Shown here: in pieces, positions 22,018 to 32,601 of the stretch
How positions within the stretch are numbered: position 1 is the first letter of the stretch
Layout: every line of letters begins with the position of its first letter
NCBI RefSeq assembly: GCF_003790525.1
Contig: NZ_CP033635.1
Direction: 5' to 3' (one strand)
Length of the DNA stretch: 64,000 nucleotides
Origin: Escherichia coli
Lineage (GTDB): Bacteria > Pseudomonadota > Gammaproteobacteria > Enterobacterales > Enterobacteriaceae
The notes under the pieces: model-generated
The model's database searches: none
The model's input: only the letters and a program-made list of their open reading frames with translations
What the model was told of the DNA's origin: nothing
Position numbers and translations under genes: made by a program

Positions 22018-24600
22018 ATGTATAGAACTCAACGACAACACAGCCTGTTAAGCTCTGGTGGAGTGCCATCGTTTATTGGTGGGCTGGTGGTGTTTGTGTC
22101 GGCAGCGTTCAATGAACAAGCTGAAACCTGGTTCGATCCAGCCTTTTTCAAAGATGATCCCTCAATGGTGGCTGATTTGTCTCGTTTCGAAAAAGGGCAA
22201 AAAATAACGCCAGGGGTTTATCGAGTCGATATTGTTCTGAATCAGACAATTGTAGATACGCGCAACGTCAATTTTGTTGAGATAACGCCAGAGAAGGGGA
22301 TTGCCGCCTGTTTGACGACTGAAAGCCTGGATGCAATGGGCGTGAATACTGATGCGTTTCCGGCTTTTAAACAACTGGATAAACAAGCGTGTGCGCCATT
22401 GGCGGAAATTATTCCGGATGCCAGCGTAACTTTTAATGTGAATAAACTCCGTCTGGAAATTTCAGTACCGCAAATCGCCATCAAAAGTAACGCTCGTGGT
22501 TATGTCCCCCCTGAACGTTGGGATGAAGGGATCAACGCGCTATTACTGGGATATTCTATTCATAGCAGCGCAGGTAGTGATTCTGGCGACAGCTATTTTC
22601 TGAATTTAAACAGTGGCGTTAATTTAGGCCCATGGAGATTGCGCAACAATTCAACATGGAGTCGCAGTAGTGGCCAAACCGCAGAATGGAAGAATCTCAG
22701 CAGCTATTTGCAGCGGGCGGTGATTCCATTAAAAGGCGAACTGACCGTCGGTGATGATTATACGGCAGGCGATTTTTTTGATAGCGTCAGCTTTCGTGGC
22801 GTGCAGCTGGCGTCAGATGACAACATGCTGCCAGACAGCTTGAAAGGGTTTGCGCCAGTGGTGCGTGGTATCGCCAAAAGCAATGCACAGGTAACGATTA
22901 AGCAAAATGGTTACACCATCTATCAAACTTATGTTTCGCCTGGCGCTTTTGAGATTAGTGATCTCTACTCTACGTCGTCGAGTGGTGATTTGTTGGTTGA
23001 AATCAAAGAAGCTGACGGTAGTGTCAATAGTTACAGTGTGCCCTTTTCCAGCGTGCCATTACTCCAGCGTCAGGGACGCATCAAATATGCGGTGACGCTG
23101 GCGAAATACAGAACCAATAGTAATGACCAGCAAGAAAGTAAATTTGCTCAGGCCACGCTGCAATGGGGTGGGCCGAGGGGAACGACCTGGTATGGCGGAG
23201 GGCAATATGCTGAATATTACCGTGCCGCTATGTTTGGTCTGGGTTTTAACCTCGGCGATTTCGGAGCAATTTCGTTCGACGCGACCCAGGCTAAAAGTAC
23301 GCTGGCAGACCAAAGTGAACATAAAGGGCAGTCATATCGTTTTCTGTATGCCAAAACGCTCAACCAATTGGGCACCAACTTTCAATTGATGGGCTACCGC
23401 TATTCGACGTCGGGTTTCTACACCCTTTCCGACACTATGTATAAACACATGGATGGCTACGAATTTAATGACGGTGATGATGAAGATACGCCAATGTGGT
23501 CGCGTTATTACAATTTGTTTTACACAAAACGTGGCAAACTGCAGGTCAACATCTCCCAGCAATTAGGCGAGTACGGTTCGTTTTATTTAAGCGGTAGCCA
23601 GCAAACTTACTGGCATACCGATCAACAGGATCGGCTATTACAGTTTGGCTACAACACGCAAATTAAAGATCTCTCGCTGGGGGTTTCCTGGAACTACAGT
23701 AAGTCCCGTGGTCAACCTGACGCTGACCAGGTGTTTGCACTTAATTTTTCCCTGCCGCTCAATCTGTTGCTCCCCAAAAGTAATGATAGCTATACCAGGA
23801 AAAAAAATTACGCCTGGATGACCTCTAATACCAGTATCGATAACGAAGGGCACACTACACAAAACCTGGGTTTAACGGAGACACTACTCGATGACGGTAA
23901 TCTGAGCTACAGCGTGCAACAGGGATATAACAGCGAGGGGAAAACGGCTAATGGTAGCGCCAGCATGGACTACAAAGGGGCGTTTGCAGATGCTCGAGTG
24001 GGCTACAACTACAGCGATAACGGCAGTCAACAACAACTGAACTACGCTCTTTCAGGCAGTTTAGTTGCCCATTCGCAGGGTATTACGTTGGGTCAATCAT
24101 TGGGTGAAACTAATGTCCTGATTGCCGCGCCAGGCGCCGAAAATACTCGTGTGGCGAACAGCACCGGGCTGAAAACTGACTGGCGTGGATATACCGTTGT
24201 GCCTTATGCCACTTCTTATCGGGAAAATCGAATTGCACTTGATGCGGCGTCGTTAAAACGTAACGTGGATCTTGAAAATGCCGTAGTAAACGTGGTTCCC
24301 ACCAAAGGGGCATTGGTTCTGGCGGAGTTCAATGCCCATGCGGGGGCTAGGGTATTAATGAAAACATCAAAGCAGGGTATGCCGCTGAGATTTGGTGCAA
24401 TGGCAACACTGGATGGCGCACAAACAATTAGCGGTATCATTGATGATGATGGTTCGCTCTATATGTCTGGTTTGCCGGCGAAGGGAACGATAACTGTACG
24501 CTGGGGCGACGCTCCCGATCAAATTTGTCATATCAGTTACGAGCTTACCGAACAACAAATTAACGCTGCGATTACGCGGATGGATTCAGTATGCGAATAA
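22018..24600 (+). CDS. elfC: Outer-membrane fimbrial usher ElfC (YcbS), 860 aa here
   Basis: Large usher-family beta-barrel protein with conserved C-terminal cysteine pair; an in-frame stop 4 codons upstream fixes the start. Confidence 0.9.
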   Translation: MYRTQRQHSLLSSGGVPSFIGGLVVFVSAAFNEQAETWFDPAFFKDDPSMVADLSRFEKGQKITPGVYRVDIVLNQTIVDTRNVNFVEITPEKGIAACLTTESLDAMGVNTDAFPAFKQLDKQACAPLAEIIPDASVTFNVNKLRLEISVPQIAIKSNARGYVPPERWDEGINALLLGYSIHSSAGSDSGDSYFLNLNSGVNLGPWRLRNNSTWSRSSGQTAEWKNLSSYLQRAVIPLKGELTVGDDYTAGDFFDSVSFRGVQLASDDNMLPDSLKGFAPVVRGIAKSNAQVTIKQNGYTIYQTYVSPGAFEISDLYSTSSSGDLLVEIKEADGSVNSYSVPFSSVPLLQRQGRIKYAVTLAKYRTNSNDQQESKFAQATLQWGGPRGTTWYGGGQYAEYYRAAMFGLGFNLGDFGAISFDATQAKSTLADQSEHKGQSYRFLYAKTLNQLGTNFQLMGYRYSTSGFYTLSDTMYKHMDGYEFNDGDDEDTPMWSRYYNLFYTKRGKLQVNISQQLGEYGSFYLSGSQQTYWHTDQQDRLLQFGYNTQIKDLSLGVSWNYSKSRGQPDADQVFALNFSLPLNLLLPKSNDSYTRKKNYAWMTSNTSIDNEGHTTQNLGLTETLLDDGNLSYSVQQGYNSEGKTANGSASMDYKGAFADARVGYNYSDNGSQQQLNYALSGSLVAHSQGITLGQSLGETNVLIAAPGAENTRVANSTGLKTDWRGYTVVPYATSYRENRIALDAASLKRNVDLENAVVNVVPTKGALVLAEFNAHAGARVLMKTSKQGMPLRFGAMATLDGAQTISGIIDDDGSLYMSGLPAKGTITVRWGDAPDQICHISYELTEQQINAAITRMDSVCE

Positions 24601-25661
24601 TTTCAGGGGATAGTAGTGTGTTAAGACTCCGGCTTCTTTTGACTGCTGTTTTAATGCTGTGGGGATTTCATGCCGCCGCTTATACCGGGCAGTGTCATAC
24701 CACTCAGGGGAATCCGTATATTGGCGTCAATTTTGGCGTTAAAACCCTGGAGGAGGAAGAGAATACGGCTGGAAAAGTCAAAGATGAATTTTATCAGTGG
24801 AGTGAATCGAATGATTATTATGTTTCCTGCGATTGCGATAAAGACAATGTCAGAAGTGGTCTATGGGCATTCGCTGCGGATTCTCCGTTAGTTTATTTGG
24901 GCGACAACTGGTACAAAATTAACGATTATCTTGCCGCAAAGGTGCTATTAGGAGTGAAAGGTAACACACCTTCGGCCGTACCTTTTGAAAATCTCGGTAC
25001 AGGAAGTGATACCCGATGGCATATTTGCGATCCCGGTGGTCAACGTTTGGGCGGCAAGGGGGCAAGCGGCAATAGCGGAAGTTTTTCACTGAAAATATTG
25101 CAGCCGTTTGTCGGTTCGGTCGTCATTCCTCCTATGGCGCTGGCGCGACTATATGAGTGTTACAACATACCCGCAAGTGATTCCTGCACGACTACAGGTA
25201 CACCGGTTTTAGTGTATTACCTGTCTGGTACGATTAATTCACTTGGCTCATGTTCTGTCAATTCTGGAGAGACAATAGAGGTTGATTTGGGGGATGTATT
25301 TGCTGCCAATTTCCGTGTTGTAGGGCATAAACCGCTTGGATCCAGAACGGCAGAACTCTCAATTCCAGTCAGGTGTAATACCGGAAACGCAGAGCTGGTT
25401 AATGTTAATTTGAGTCTGACGGCAACCAGTGATCCCGATTATCCTCAGGCAATCAAGACATCACGACCAGGTGTCGGTGTTGTGGTCACCGACAGCCAAA
25501 ACAACATTATTTCGCCTGCCGGTGGCACACTGCCGCTATCCATCCCTGACGACGCGGACAGCTTCGCTCGAATGAATGTTTATCCGGTCAGCACGACAGG
25601 TGTACCACCGGAAACCGGGAGCTTTGAAGCCACAGCAACGGTGAGAATAAACTTTGACTGA
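24591..25661 (+). CDS. elfG: Fimbrial tip adhesin-like protein ElfG (YcbT), 356 aa
   Basis: Two-domain fimbrial protein (lectin-like N-terminal part plus pilin domain); 10-nt overlap with elfC. Confidence 0.88.
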   Translation: MRIISGDSSVLRLRLLLTAVLMLWGFHAAAYTGQCHTTQGNPYIGVNFGVKTLEEEENTAGKVKDEFYQWSESNDYYVSCDCDKDNVRSGLWAFAADSPLVYLGDNWYKINDYLAAKVLLGVKGNTPSAVPFENLGTGSDTRWHICDPGGQRLGGKGASGNSGSFSLKILQPFVGSVVIPPMALARLYECYNIPASDSCTTTGTPVLVYYLSGTINSLGSCSVNSGETIEVDLGDVFAANFRVVGHKPLGSRTAELSIPVRCNTGNAELVNVNLSLTATSDPDYPQAIKTSRPGVGVVVTDSQNNIISPAGGTLPLSIPDDADSFARMNVYPVSTTGVPPETGSFEATATVRINFD

Positions 25662-25672
25662 TATGTGAACGT

Positions 25673-26215
25673 ATGAAAAAGAACACAATATTTCAAGTCG
25701 TTATCTTATCATTCACTTTGCTTTATATGCATGTCGGGATAGCTGGACCTGAACAAGTCAGTATGCATATTTATGGTAATGTGGTCGATCAGGGCTGTGA
25801 TGTTGCCACCAAAAGTGCATTACAAAATATTCATATTGGTGATTTTAATATCAGTGATTTTCAGACCGCGAATACCGTAAGCACTGCTGCTGATTTGAAT
25901 ATCGATATCACCGGTTGTGCCGCTGGTATTACTGGCGCGGACGTCCTTTTTAGCGGCGAGGCTGACACCCTTGTGCCGACACTGCTCAAATTAACTGACA
26001 CAGGCGGAAGCGGTGGTATGGCAACGGGGATTGCTGTGCAAATTCTTGATGCGCAAAGTCAGCAAGAAATCCCGCTCAATCAGGTCCTACCTCTTACGCC
26101 CTTAAAAGCCGGGGATAACACACTCAAATATCAACTTCGTTATAAGTCCACAAAGGCGGGAGCAACGGGCGGTAATGCGACGGCGGTTCTCTATTTTGAT
26201 CTGGTTTACCAGTGA
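25673..26215 (+). CDS. ycbU: Fimbrial-like minor subunit YcbU, 180 aa
   Basis: Pilin-like with signal peptide and C-terminal Y-rich strand (LYFDLVYQ). Confidence 0.88.
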   Translation: MKKNTIFQVVILSFTLLYMHVGIAGPEQVSMHIYGNVVDQGCDVATKSALQNIHIGDFNISDFQTANTVSTAADLNIDITGCAAGITGADVLFSGEADTLVPTLLKLTDTGGSGGMATGIAVQILDAQSQQEIPLNQVLPLTPLKAGDNTLKYQLRYKSTKAGATGGNATAVLYFDLVYQ

Positions 26216-26222
26216 AGGAGTG

Positions 26223-26738
26223 ATGTTGAAACAGATAATCTGGATTCTGTTCTTACTGGGATTAACGGGGGGCTGTGAGCTATTTGCCCATGATGGCACG
26301 GTCAACATTAGCGGATCGTTTCGCCGTAATACATGCGTGCTGGCACAGGATAGCAAGCAAATCAATGTGCAGTTAGGCGACGTCTCGCTGACACGTTTTT
26401 CTCATGGGAATTATGGCCCGGAGAAATCGTTCATCATTAATTTGCAGGATTGCGGAACAGATGTCAGCACGGTTGACGTCACCTTTTCAGGAACCCCCGA
26501 CGGAGTACAGAGCGAAATGCTGTCCATTGAAAGTGGTACGGATGCAGCCAGTGGGCTGGCAATTGCAATTCTGGATGATGCGAAGATATTGATTCCGCTT
26601 AACCAGGCGAGTAAAGACTACAGCCTACATAGCGGTAAGGTGCCATTAACTTTTTACGCGCAATTGCGACCTGTCAATAGCGATGTGCAGTCGGGTAAAG
26701 TGAATGCCAGCGCGACATTTGTACTTCATTATGACTAA
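26223..26738 (+). CDS. ycbV: Fimbrial-like minor subunit YcbV, 171 aa
   Basis: Pilin-like; RBS aggag precedes the ATG at 26223; the ORF-track extension is rejected. Confidence 0.87.
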   Translation: MLKQIIWILFLLGLTGGCELFAHDGTVNISGSFRRNTCVLAQDSKQINVQLGDVSLTRFSHGNYGPEKSFIINLQDCGTDVSTVDVTFSGTPDGVQSEMLSIESGTDAASGLAIAILDDAKILIPLNQASKDYSLHSGKVPLTFYAQLRPVNSDVQSGKVNASATFVLHYD

Positions 26739-27441
26739 TACGTGGAACAGATTGGCGCTCTTGATTTTCGCCGTTTTATCGCTGCTGGTGGCGAGTGAAT
26801 TGCAGGCAGGAGTGGTGGTCGGCGGAACGCGATTTATCTTTCCGGCAGACAGAGATTCGATATCTATTTTATTGACTAATACCAGTCAGGAATCCTGGCT
26901 TATTAACAGTAAAATCAATCGCCCAACGCGTTGGGCTGGGGGTGAAGCGTCGACAGTACCAGCACCATTACTGGCCGCTCCGCCACTTATTCTCCTGAAG
27001 CCCGGTACTACAGGCACATTGCGCTTGCTGAGAACGGAAAGCGACATCTTGCCCGTGGATCGCGAAACGCTATTTGAGTTAAGCATTGCCAGCGTGCCAT
27101 CCGGCAAAGTTGAAAATCAGAGCGTAAAAGTGGCGATGCGCTCGGTATTTAAACTGTTCTGGCGACCCGAAGGTTTGCCGGGCGACCCGCTGGAAGCTTA
27201 TCAACAATTACGCTGGACACGGAATTCGCAGGGTGTACAACTCACTAACCCAACGCCTTACTACATTAACCTGATTCAGGTGAGCGTAAATGGTAAAGCG
27301 TTAAGTAATGCGGGAGTTGTGCCACCTAAAAGCCAGCGTCAGACAAGCTGGTGTCAGGCTATAACACCGTGTCATGTCTCCTGGCGGACGATAAATGATT
27401 ACGGCGGGTTGAGTGCAAAGAAGGAGCAAAATCTGCCCTGA
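26731..27441 (+). CDS. ycbF: Second periplasmic pilus chaperone YcbF, 236 aa
   Basis: PapD-like chaperone; start overlaps the ycbV stop. Confidence 0.87.
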   Translation: MTNTWNRLALLIFAVLSLLVASELQAGVVVGGTRFIFPADRDSISILLTNTSQESWLINSKINRPTRWAGGEASTVPAPLLAAPPLILLKPGTTGTLRLLRTESDILPVDRETLFELSIASVPSGKVENQSVKVAMRSVFKLFWRPEGLPGDPLEAYQQLRWTRNSQGVQLTNPTPYYINLIQVSVNGKALSNAGVVPPKSQRQTSWCQAITPCHVSWRTINDYGGLSAKKEQNLP

Positions 27442-27451
27442 AACAGGCTCG

Positions 27452-27465
27452 GAAAACGTTTGCGC
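27452..27465 (+). promoter_or_regulatory. Candidate PurR operator upstream of pyrD
   Basis: gaaaacgtttgcgc matches the palindromic PurR box core (GCAAACGTTTTC); pyrD is a known PurR regulon member. Confidence 0.5.
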
Positions 27466-27551
27466 TTTTTTTGCCACAGGTCAATTCCCTTTTGGTCCGA
27501 ACTCGCACATAATACGCCCCCGGTTTGCACACCGGGAATCCAGGAGAGTTC

Positions 27552-28562
27552 ATGTACTACCCCTTCGTTCGTAAAGCCCTTTTCCAGCTCGATCCAGAGC
27601 GCGCTCATGAGTTTACTTTTCAGCAATTACGCCGTATTACCGGAACGCCGTTTGAAGCACTGGTGCGGCAGAAAGTGCCTGCGAAACCTGTTAACTGCAT
27701 GGGCCTGACGTTTAAAAATCCGCTTGGTCTGGCAGCCGGTCTTGATAAAGACGGGGAGTGCATTGACGCGTTAGGCGCGATGGGTTTTGGATCTATCGAG
27801 ATCGGTACCGTCACGCCACGTCCACAGCCAGGTAATGACAAGCCGCGTCTCTTTCGTCTGGTAGATGCCGAAGGTTTGATCAACCGTATGGGCTTTAATA
27901 ATCTTGGCGTTGATAACCTCGTAGAGAACGTAAAAAAAGCCCATTATGATGGCGTCCTGGGTATTAACATCGGCAAAAATAAAGATACGCCGGTGGAGCA
28001 GGGTAAAGATGACTATCTGATTTGTATGGAAAAAATCTATGCTTATGCGGGATATATCGCCATCAATATTTCATCGCCGAATACCCCAGGACTACGCACA
28101 CTGCAATATGGCGAAGCGCTGGATGATCTCTTAACCGCGATTAAAAATAAGCAAAATGATTTGCAAGCGATGCACCATAAATATGTGCCGATCGCAGTGA
28201 AGATCGCGCCGGATCTTTCTGAAGAAGAATTGATCCAGGTTGCCGATAGTTTAGTTCGCCATAATATTGATGGCGTTATTGCAACCAATACCACGCTCGA
28301 TCGTTCTCTGGTTCAGGGAATGAAAAATTGTGATCAAACCGGTGGCTTAAGTGGTCGTCCGCTTCAGTTAAAAAGCACAGAAATTATTCGCCGCTTGTCA
28401 CAGGAATTAAACGGTCGCTTACCGATCATCGGTGTTGGCGGCATTGACTCGGTTATCGCTGCGCGTGAAAAGATTGCTGCGGGGGCCTCACTGGTGCAAA
28501 TTTATTCTGGTTTTATTTTTAAAGGTCCGCCGCTGATTAAAGAAATCGTTACCCATATCTAA
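27552..28562 (+). CDS. pyrD: Dihydroorotate dehydrogenase (quinone), 336 aa
   Basis: Matches PyrD from [21 protein letters not shown]; class 2 DHODH. Confidence 0.95.
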   Translation: MYYPFVRKALFQLDPERAHEFTFQQLRRITGTPFEALVRQKVPAKPVNCMGLTFKNPLGLAAGLDKDGECIDALGAMGFGSIEIGTVTPRPQPGNDKPRLFRLVDAEGLINRMGFNNLGVDNLVENVKKAHYDGVLGINIGKNKDTPVEQGKDDYLICMEKIYAYAGYIAINISSPNTPGLRTLQYGEALDDLLTAIKNKQNDLQAMHHKYVPIAVKIAPDLSEEELIQVADSLVRHNIDGVIATNTTLDRSLVQGMKNCDQTGGLSGRPLQLKSTEIIRRLSQELNGRLPIIGVGGIDSVIAAREKIAAGASLVQIYSGFIFKGPPLIKEIVTHI

Positions 28563-28594
28563 TTATTTCTTCGAATTCCTCTTTATAAGATAAT

Positions 28595-28628
28595 CAGGGC
28601 TTTATTTTAAGCCCTGGTTGTTTTATAT
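28595..28628 (+). terminator. Intrinsic terminator of pyrD
   Basis: Stem cagggct...agccctg followed by gttgtttt. Confidence 0.6.
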
Positions 28629-28735
28629 TCATCACTGTTGCTTATTTAGACATTTTGTACTTTTATTGTTGAGGTTATTAAGCGAAGCGACAATGGATTG
28701 TGTTGCTGCGGTTTTATAGGGTAGGGGAGAGGCAA

Positions 28736-29278
28736 ATGCGAATTAAACCAGACGATAACTGGCGTTGGTATTACGATGAAGAGCACGATCGAATGATGCT
28801 CGATTTAGCCAATGGTATGCTATTTCGCTCACGTTTTGCGCGCAAAATGTTGACTCCAGATGCCTTTTCTCCCGCAGGCTTTTGCGTTGACGACGCCGCG
28901 CTCTATTTCTCATTTGAAGAAAAATGCCGCGATTTTAATTTATCTAAAGAACAAAAAGCCGAACTGGTGCTTAATGCGCTGGTAGCAATTCGTTATCTCA
29001 AACCGCAAATGCCGAAAAGCTGGCATTTTGTTTCCCATGGTGAAATGTGGGTGCCCATGCCGGGCGATGCGGCCTGCGTTTGGTTGAGCGACACTCACGA
29101 GCAAGTCAATTTGCTGGTCGTTGAATCTGGCGAAAATGCCGCACTATGCCTGCTGGCACAACCCTGCGTTGTTATAGCGGGTCGCGCGATGCAGCTGGGC
29201 GACGCCATCAAAATCATGAACGACAGGCTGAAACCGCAGGTTAATGTTGACAGCTTCAGCCTCGAACAGGCAGTTTAA
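28736..29278 (+). CDS. zapC: Cell division protein ZapC (YcbW), 180 aa
   Basis: Matches ZapC from [24 protein letters not shown]. Confidence 0.9.
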   Translation: MRIKPDDNWRWYYDEEHDRMMLDLANGMLFRSRFARKMLTPDAFSPAGFCVDDAALYFSFEEKCRDFNLSKEQKAELVLNALVAIRYLKPQMPKSWHFVSHGEMWVPMPGDAACVWLSDTHEQVNLLVVESGENAALCLLAQPCVVIAGRAMQLGDAIKIMNDRLKPQVNVDSFSLEQAV

Positions 29279-30384
29279 CGCGTCAGCTTAAGTGCAGTCT
29301 TCGGTACACAACTACAGCAAAGAATAGTGCCATCATCACCCATTGCTGATTTTTTCAGCGGCGTGACTTCGCCTTCTAAAAGCTGAACACGGCAACTTCC
29401 ACAAATGCCCGCGCGGCAAGAATAAGGGATACGAATTCCCTGATTTTCTAATTGCTCCAGCAGCACCTGTTGGTTATTTCCACGAAATGCCTGTCCCTGC
29501 CAGTCAATATCTACGTTTGCGTCCGGTTGTTGCGTGATGTTGGCAGTATCATCGGCGGCACCTGCGCCGTAAATTTTAGCTGGAGCCGTTGCCAGAATTT
29601 CCACCTCATCGCCAACGCGAATCACGCCGCTATTACGGGCAATTAAATTCTGACCAAAATCGACATCGCCGTTATCCTGGGCAGTACGGAAAGATTGCAG
29701 CGTTTTTAATGGTTCGCCTGCCGGATGTTTTTGCCCTTTTTCTGGGCTGACGGTGGTGAAAATACAGCGGCTACAAGGCTTAACCACATCAAACACGACA
29801 TCACCAATGCGAATCACTTTCCAGCTATCTTCTTCCCAGGCCGATGCACCGGAAACCACCAGATTGGGGCGGAATTGCTCCATTTTTACACTGGCCGGAC
29901 AACGTTGTTGGAGATCACGTAACGAGGCCTCGTTAGCAAGAAGGTAAGGATAACCATCAGCAAATGACAGGGGTACAGTGTTGTGGCGTTTCACGCGCCG
30001 GGTCATTTGTGGCCCCACCCAGCGTAATTGCACTTCGCGGGAGAAAAATCCACTTAGCCATTTGTTGATCGCGTCTGGCGCAATTCGCGCGGTAAAATGT
30101 GTGCCCCAAACTTCGGTTGGTGCGTCTTGTGTGGCGAAATCAGCAAAACGAACATATGCACTACTGCCATCTGGTGCGGTGAGATGCAAGCCATCATGCA
30201 CGGGTGAAGGAGTAAACCGTACCATTAGCGGAAACTGGCGAGCGGTAATAAACGTACCGTCAGGTTCCGTGATCATAAAGATGCGATCGAAGGCCAGACC
30301 ACTGACATCTGCCAGGGTATGTGTAAGACCAATGCCGCGCATCGATTTAACAGGATGAATAAAAAGCCGGGTTAATGTCGCCAC
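29275..30384 (-). CDS. ycbX: MOSC-domain protein with C-terminal 2Fe-2S ferredoxin domain, YcbX, 369 aa
   Basis: C-terminal plant-type ferredoxin cysteine pattern (CRAGICGSC...C); N-terminal MOSC beta-barrel; stop overlaps the zapC stop. Confidence 0.9.
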   Translation of the reverse strand: MATLTRLFIHPVKSMRGIGLTHTLADVSGLAFDRIFMITEPDGTFITARQFPLMVRFTPSPVHDGLHLTAPDGSSAYVRFADFATQDAPTEVWGTHFTARIAPDAINKWLSGFFSREVQLRWVGPQMTRRVKRHNTVPLSFADGYPYLLANEASLRDLQQRCPASVKMEQFRPNLVVSGASAWEEDSWKVIRIGDVVFDVVKPCSRCIFTTVSPEKGQKHPAGEPLKTLQSFRTAQDNGDVDFGQNLIARNSGVIRVGDEVEILATAPAKIYGAGAADDTANITQQPDANVDIDWQGQAFRGNNQQVLLEQLENQGIRIPYSCRAGICGSCRVQLLEGEVTPLKKSAMGDDGTILCCSCVPKTALKLTR

Positions 30385-30481
30385 GGTGCGGTCCTCAAAT
30401 GAAAATAAGCCCTCAACTTTATGACATGACGCGCTTATTAGCTATAATGCGCAACAATTTTCTTAGAGTAAAAGTGACGAT

Positions 30482-32590
30482 ATGAATTCTCTGTTTGCCA
30501 GTACGGCCCGTGGGCTGGAAGAGCTGTTAAAAACTGAACTGGAAAACCTGGGGGCCGTTGAATGCCAGGTGGTTCAGGGTGGGGTCCATTTCAAGGGCGA
30601 CACACGGCTTGTTTACCAGAGCCTGATGTGGAGCCGCCTGGCCTCGCGTATTATGTTGCCGCTGGGCGAGTGTAAGGTTTACAGCGATTTAGACCTCTAT
30701 CTCGGTGTTCAGGCGATCAACTGGACAGAGATGTTTAATCCTGGCGCGACCTTCGCTGTCCACTTCAGTGGTTTGAATGACACCATACGCAACAGTCAGT
30801 ACGGTGCGATGAAAGTGAAAGACGCGATCGTCGATGCTTTCACGCGGAAAAATCTGCCGCGTCCAAATGTTGATCGCGATGCGCCGGATATCCGCGTTAA
30901 CGTCTGGCTGCATAAAGAAACTGCCAGTATCGCCCTTGATCTCAGTGGTGATGGTTTACATCTGCGTGGCTATCGCGATCGTGCTGGTATTGCGCCGATC
31001 AAAGAAACCCTGGCAGCCGCGATTGTTATGCGATCCGGCTGGCAGCCAGGAACACCGCTGCTCGATCCGATGTGTGGTTCCGGTACGTTGCTGATTGAAG
31101 CGGCGATGCTGGCGACCGATCGCGCACCAGGCTTGCACCGTGGACGTTGGGGCTTTAGCGGCTGGGCACAGCATGATGAAGCCATCTGGCAGGAAGTGAA
31201 AGCAGAAGCGCAAACTCGCGCCCGTAAAGGCCTGGCGGAGTACAGCTCCCATTTCTACGGTTCGGACAGCGACGCACGGGTGATTCAACGTGCGCGCACT
31301 AACGCCCGTCTTGCGGGGATTGGTGAACTGATCACCTTTGAGGTGAAAGATGTCGCGCAACTGGCCAATCCGCTGCCGAAAGGGCCGTACGGTACAGTGT
31401 TGAGCAACCCGCCATACGGTGAACGTCTGGACAGCGAACCGGCGCTGATTGCGCTGCATAGTCTGCTGGGCCGAATCATGAAAAACCAGTTCGGTGGCTG
31501 GAATCTCTCTTTGTTTAGTGCCTCGCCGGATCTGCTCAGCTGCCTGCAGCTGCGTGCAGACAAACAGTACAAGGCGAAAAACGGCCCGCTGGACTGCGTA
31601 CAGAAAAACTACCATGTTGCCGAAAGCACACCAGACAGCAAACCGGCGATGGCAGCGGAGGACTACGCCAACCGTCTGCGTAAGAACCTCAAAAAATTCG
31701 AGAAGTGGGCTCGTCAGGAAGGAATTGAATGTTACCGCCTGTATGACGCCGATCTGCCGGAATATAACGTTGCCGTTGACCGTTATGCCGACTGGGTGGT
31801 GGTGCAGGAGTATGCGCCGCCAAAAACTATTGATGCGCACAAAGCGCGTCAGCGTCTGTTCGATATTATCGCTGCAACCATTTCGGTACTGGGGATTGCG
31901 CCAAACAAACTGGTACTGAAAACCCGTGAACGCCAGAAGGGCAAAAATCAGTACCAGAAACTGGGCGAGAAGGGCGAGTTTCTCGAAGTCACCGAATATA
32001 ACGCTCACTTGTGGGTGAACCTGACGGATTACCTCGATACCGGTCTGTTCCTCGATCACCGTATCGCCCGTCGTATGCTCGGTCAGATGAGCAAAGGCAA
32101 AGATTTCCTCAACCTGTTCTCTTATACCGGCAGCGCCACCGTGCACGCGGGATTAGGCGGTGCACGCAGCACCACCACCGTGGATATGTCGCGTACTTAT
32201 CTGGAGTGGGCAGAACGCAACCTGCGTCTGAATGGCTTAACCGGGCGTGCGCATCGCCTGATTCAGGCCGATTGCCTGGCGTGGTTGCGTGAGGCAAATG
32301 AACAGTTCGATCTGATCTTTATCGATCCGCCAACCTTTTCTAACTCAAAACGAATGGAAGATGCGTTTGATGTTCAGCGCGATCATCTGGTGCTGATGAA
32401 AGATTTGAAACGTCTGCTGCGTGCAGGTGGGACGATCATGTTCTCGAACAACAAACGCGGCTTCCGTATGGATCTCGACGGCCTGGCGAAACTGGGACTG
32501 AAAGCACAAGAAATTACGCAAAAAACGCTCTCCCAGGATTTCGCCCGTAACCGCCAGATCCACAACTGCTGGCTGATTACCGCAGCCTGA
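30482..32590 (+). CDS. rlmL: Bifunctional 23S rRNA methyltransferase RlmKL (m2G2445 / m7G2069), 702 aa
   Basis: Two fused methyltransferase modules: N-terminal THUMP plus SAM-binding DPMCGSGT with NPPYGERL motif, and a C-terminal second Rossmann module with DPPTF. Confidence 0.93.
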   Translation: MNSLFASTARGLEELLKTELENLGAVECQVVQGGVHFKGDTRLVYQSLMWSRLASRIMLPLGECKVYSDLDLYLGVQAINWTEMFNPGATFAVHFSGLNDTIRNSQYGAMKVKDAIVDAFTRKNLPRPNVDRDAPDIRVNVWLHKETASIALDLSGDGLHLRGYRDRAGIAPIKETLAAAIVMRSGWQPGTPLLDPMCGSGTLLIEAAMLATDRAPGLHRGRWGFSGWAQHDEAIWQEVKAEAQTRARKGLAEYSSHFYGSDSDARVIQRARTNARLAGIGELITFEVKDVAQLANPLPKGPYGTVLSNPPYGERLDSEPALIALHSLLGRIMKNQFGGWNLSLFSASPDLLSCLQLRADKQYKAKNGPLDCVQKNYHVAESTPDSKPAMAAEDYANRLRKNLKKFEKWARQEGIECYRLYDADLPEYNVAVDRYADWVVVQEYAPPKTIDAHKARQRLFDIIAATISVLGIAPNKLVLKTRERQKGKNQYQKLGEKGEFLEVTEYNAHLWVNLTDYLDTGLFLDHRIARRMLGQMSKGKDFLNLFSYTGSATVHAGLGGARSTTTVDMSRTYLEWAERNLRLNGLTGRAHRLIQADCLAWLREANEQFDLIFIDPPTFSNSKRMEDAFDVQRDHLVLMKDLKRLLRAGGTIMFSNNKRGFRMDLDGLAKLGLKAQEITQKTLSQDFARNRQIHNCWLITAA

Positions 32591-32601
32591 AAGGAATAGT
32601 A

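Noticed and set aside
30956-32146. 396-aa minus-strand ORF inside rlmL
   Set aside because: Long antisense open frame in a GC-rich gene; no recognisable domain; the sense frame carries clear methyltransferase motifs.
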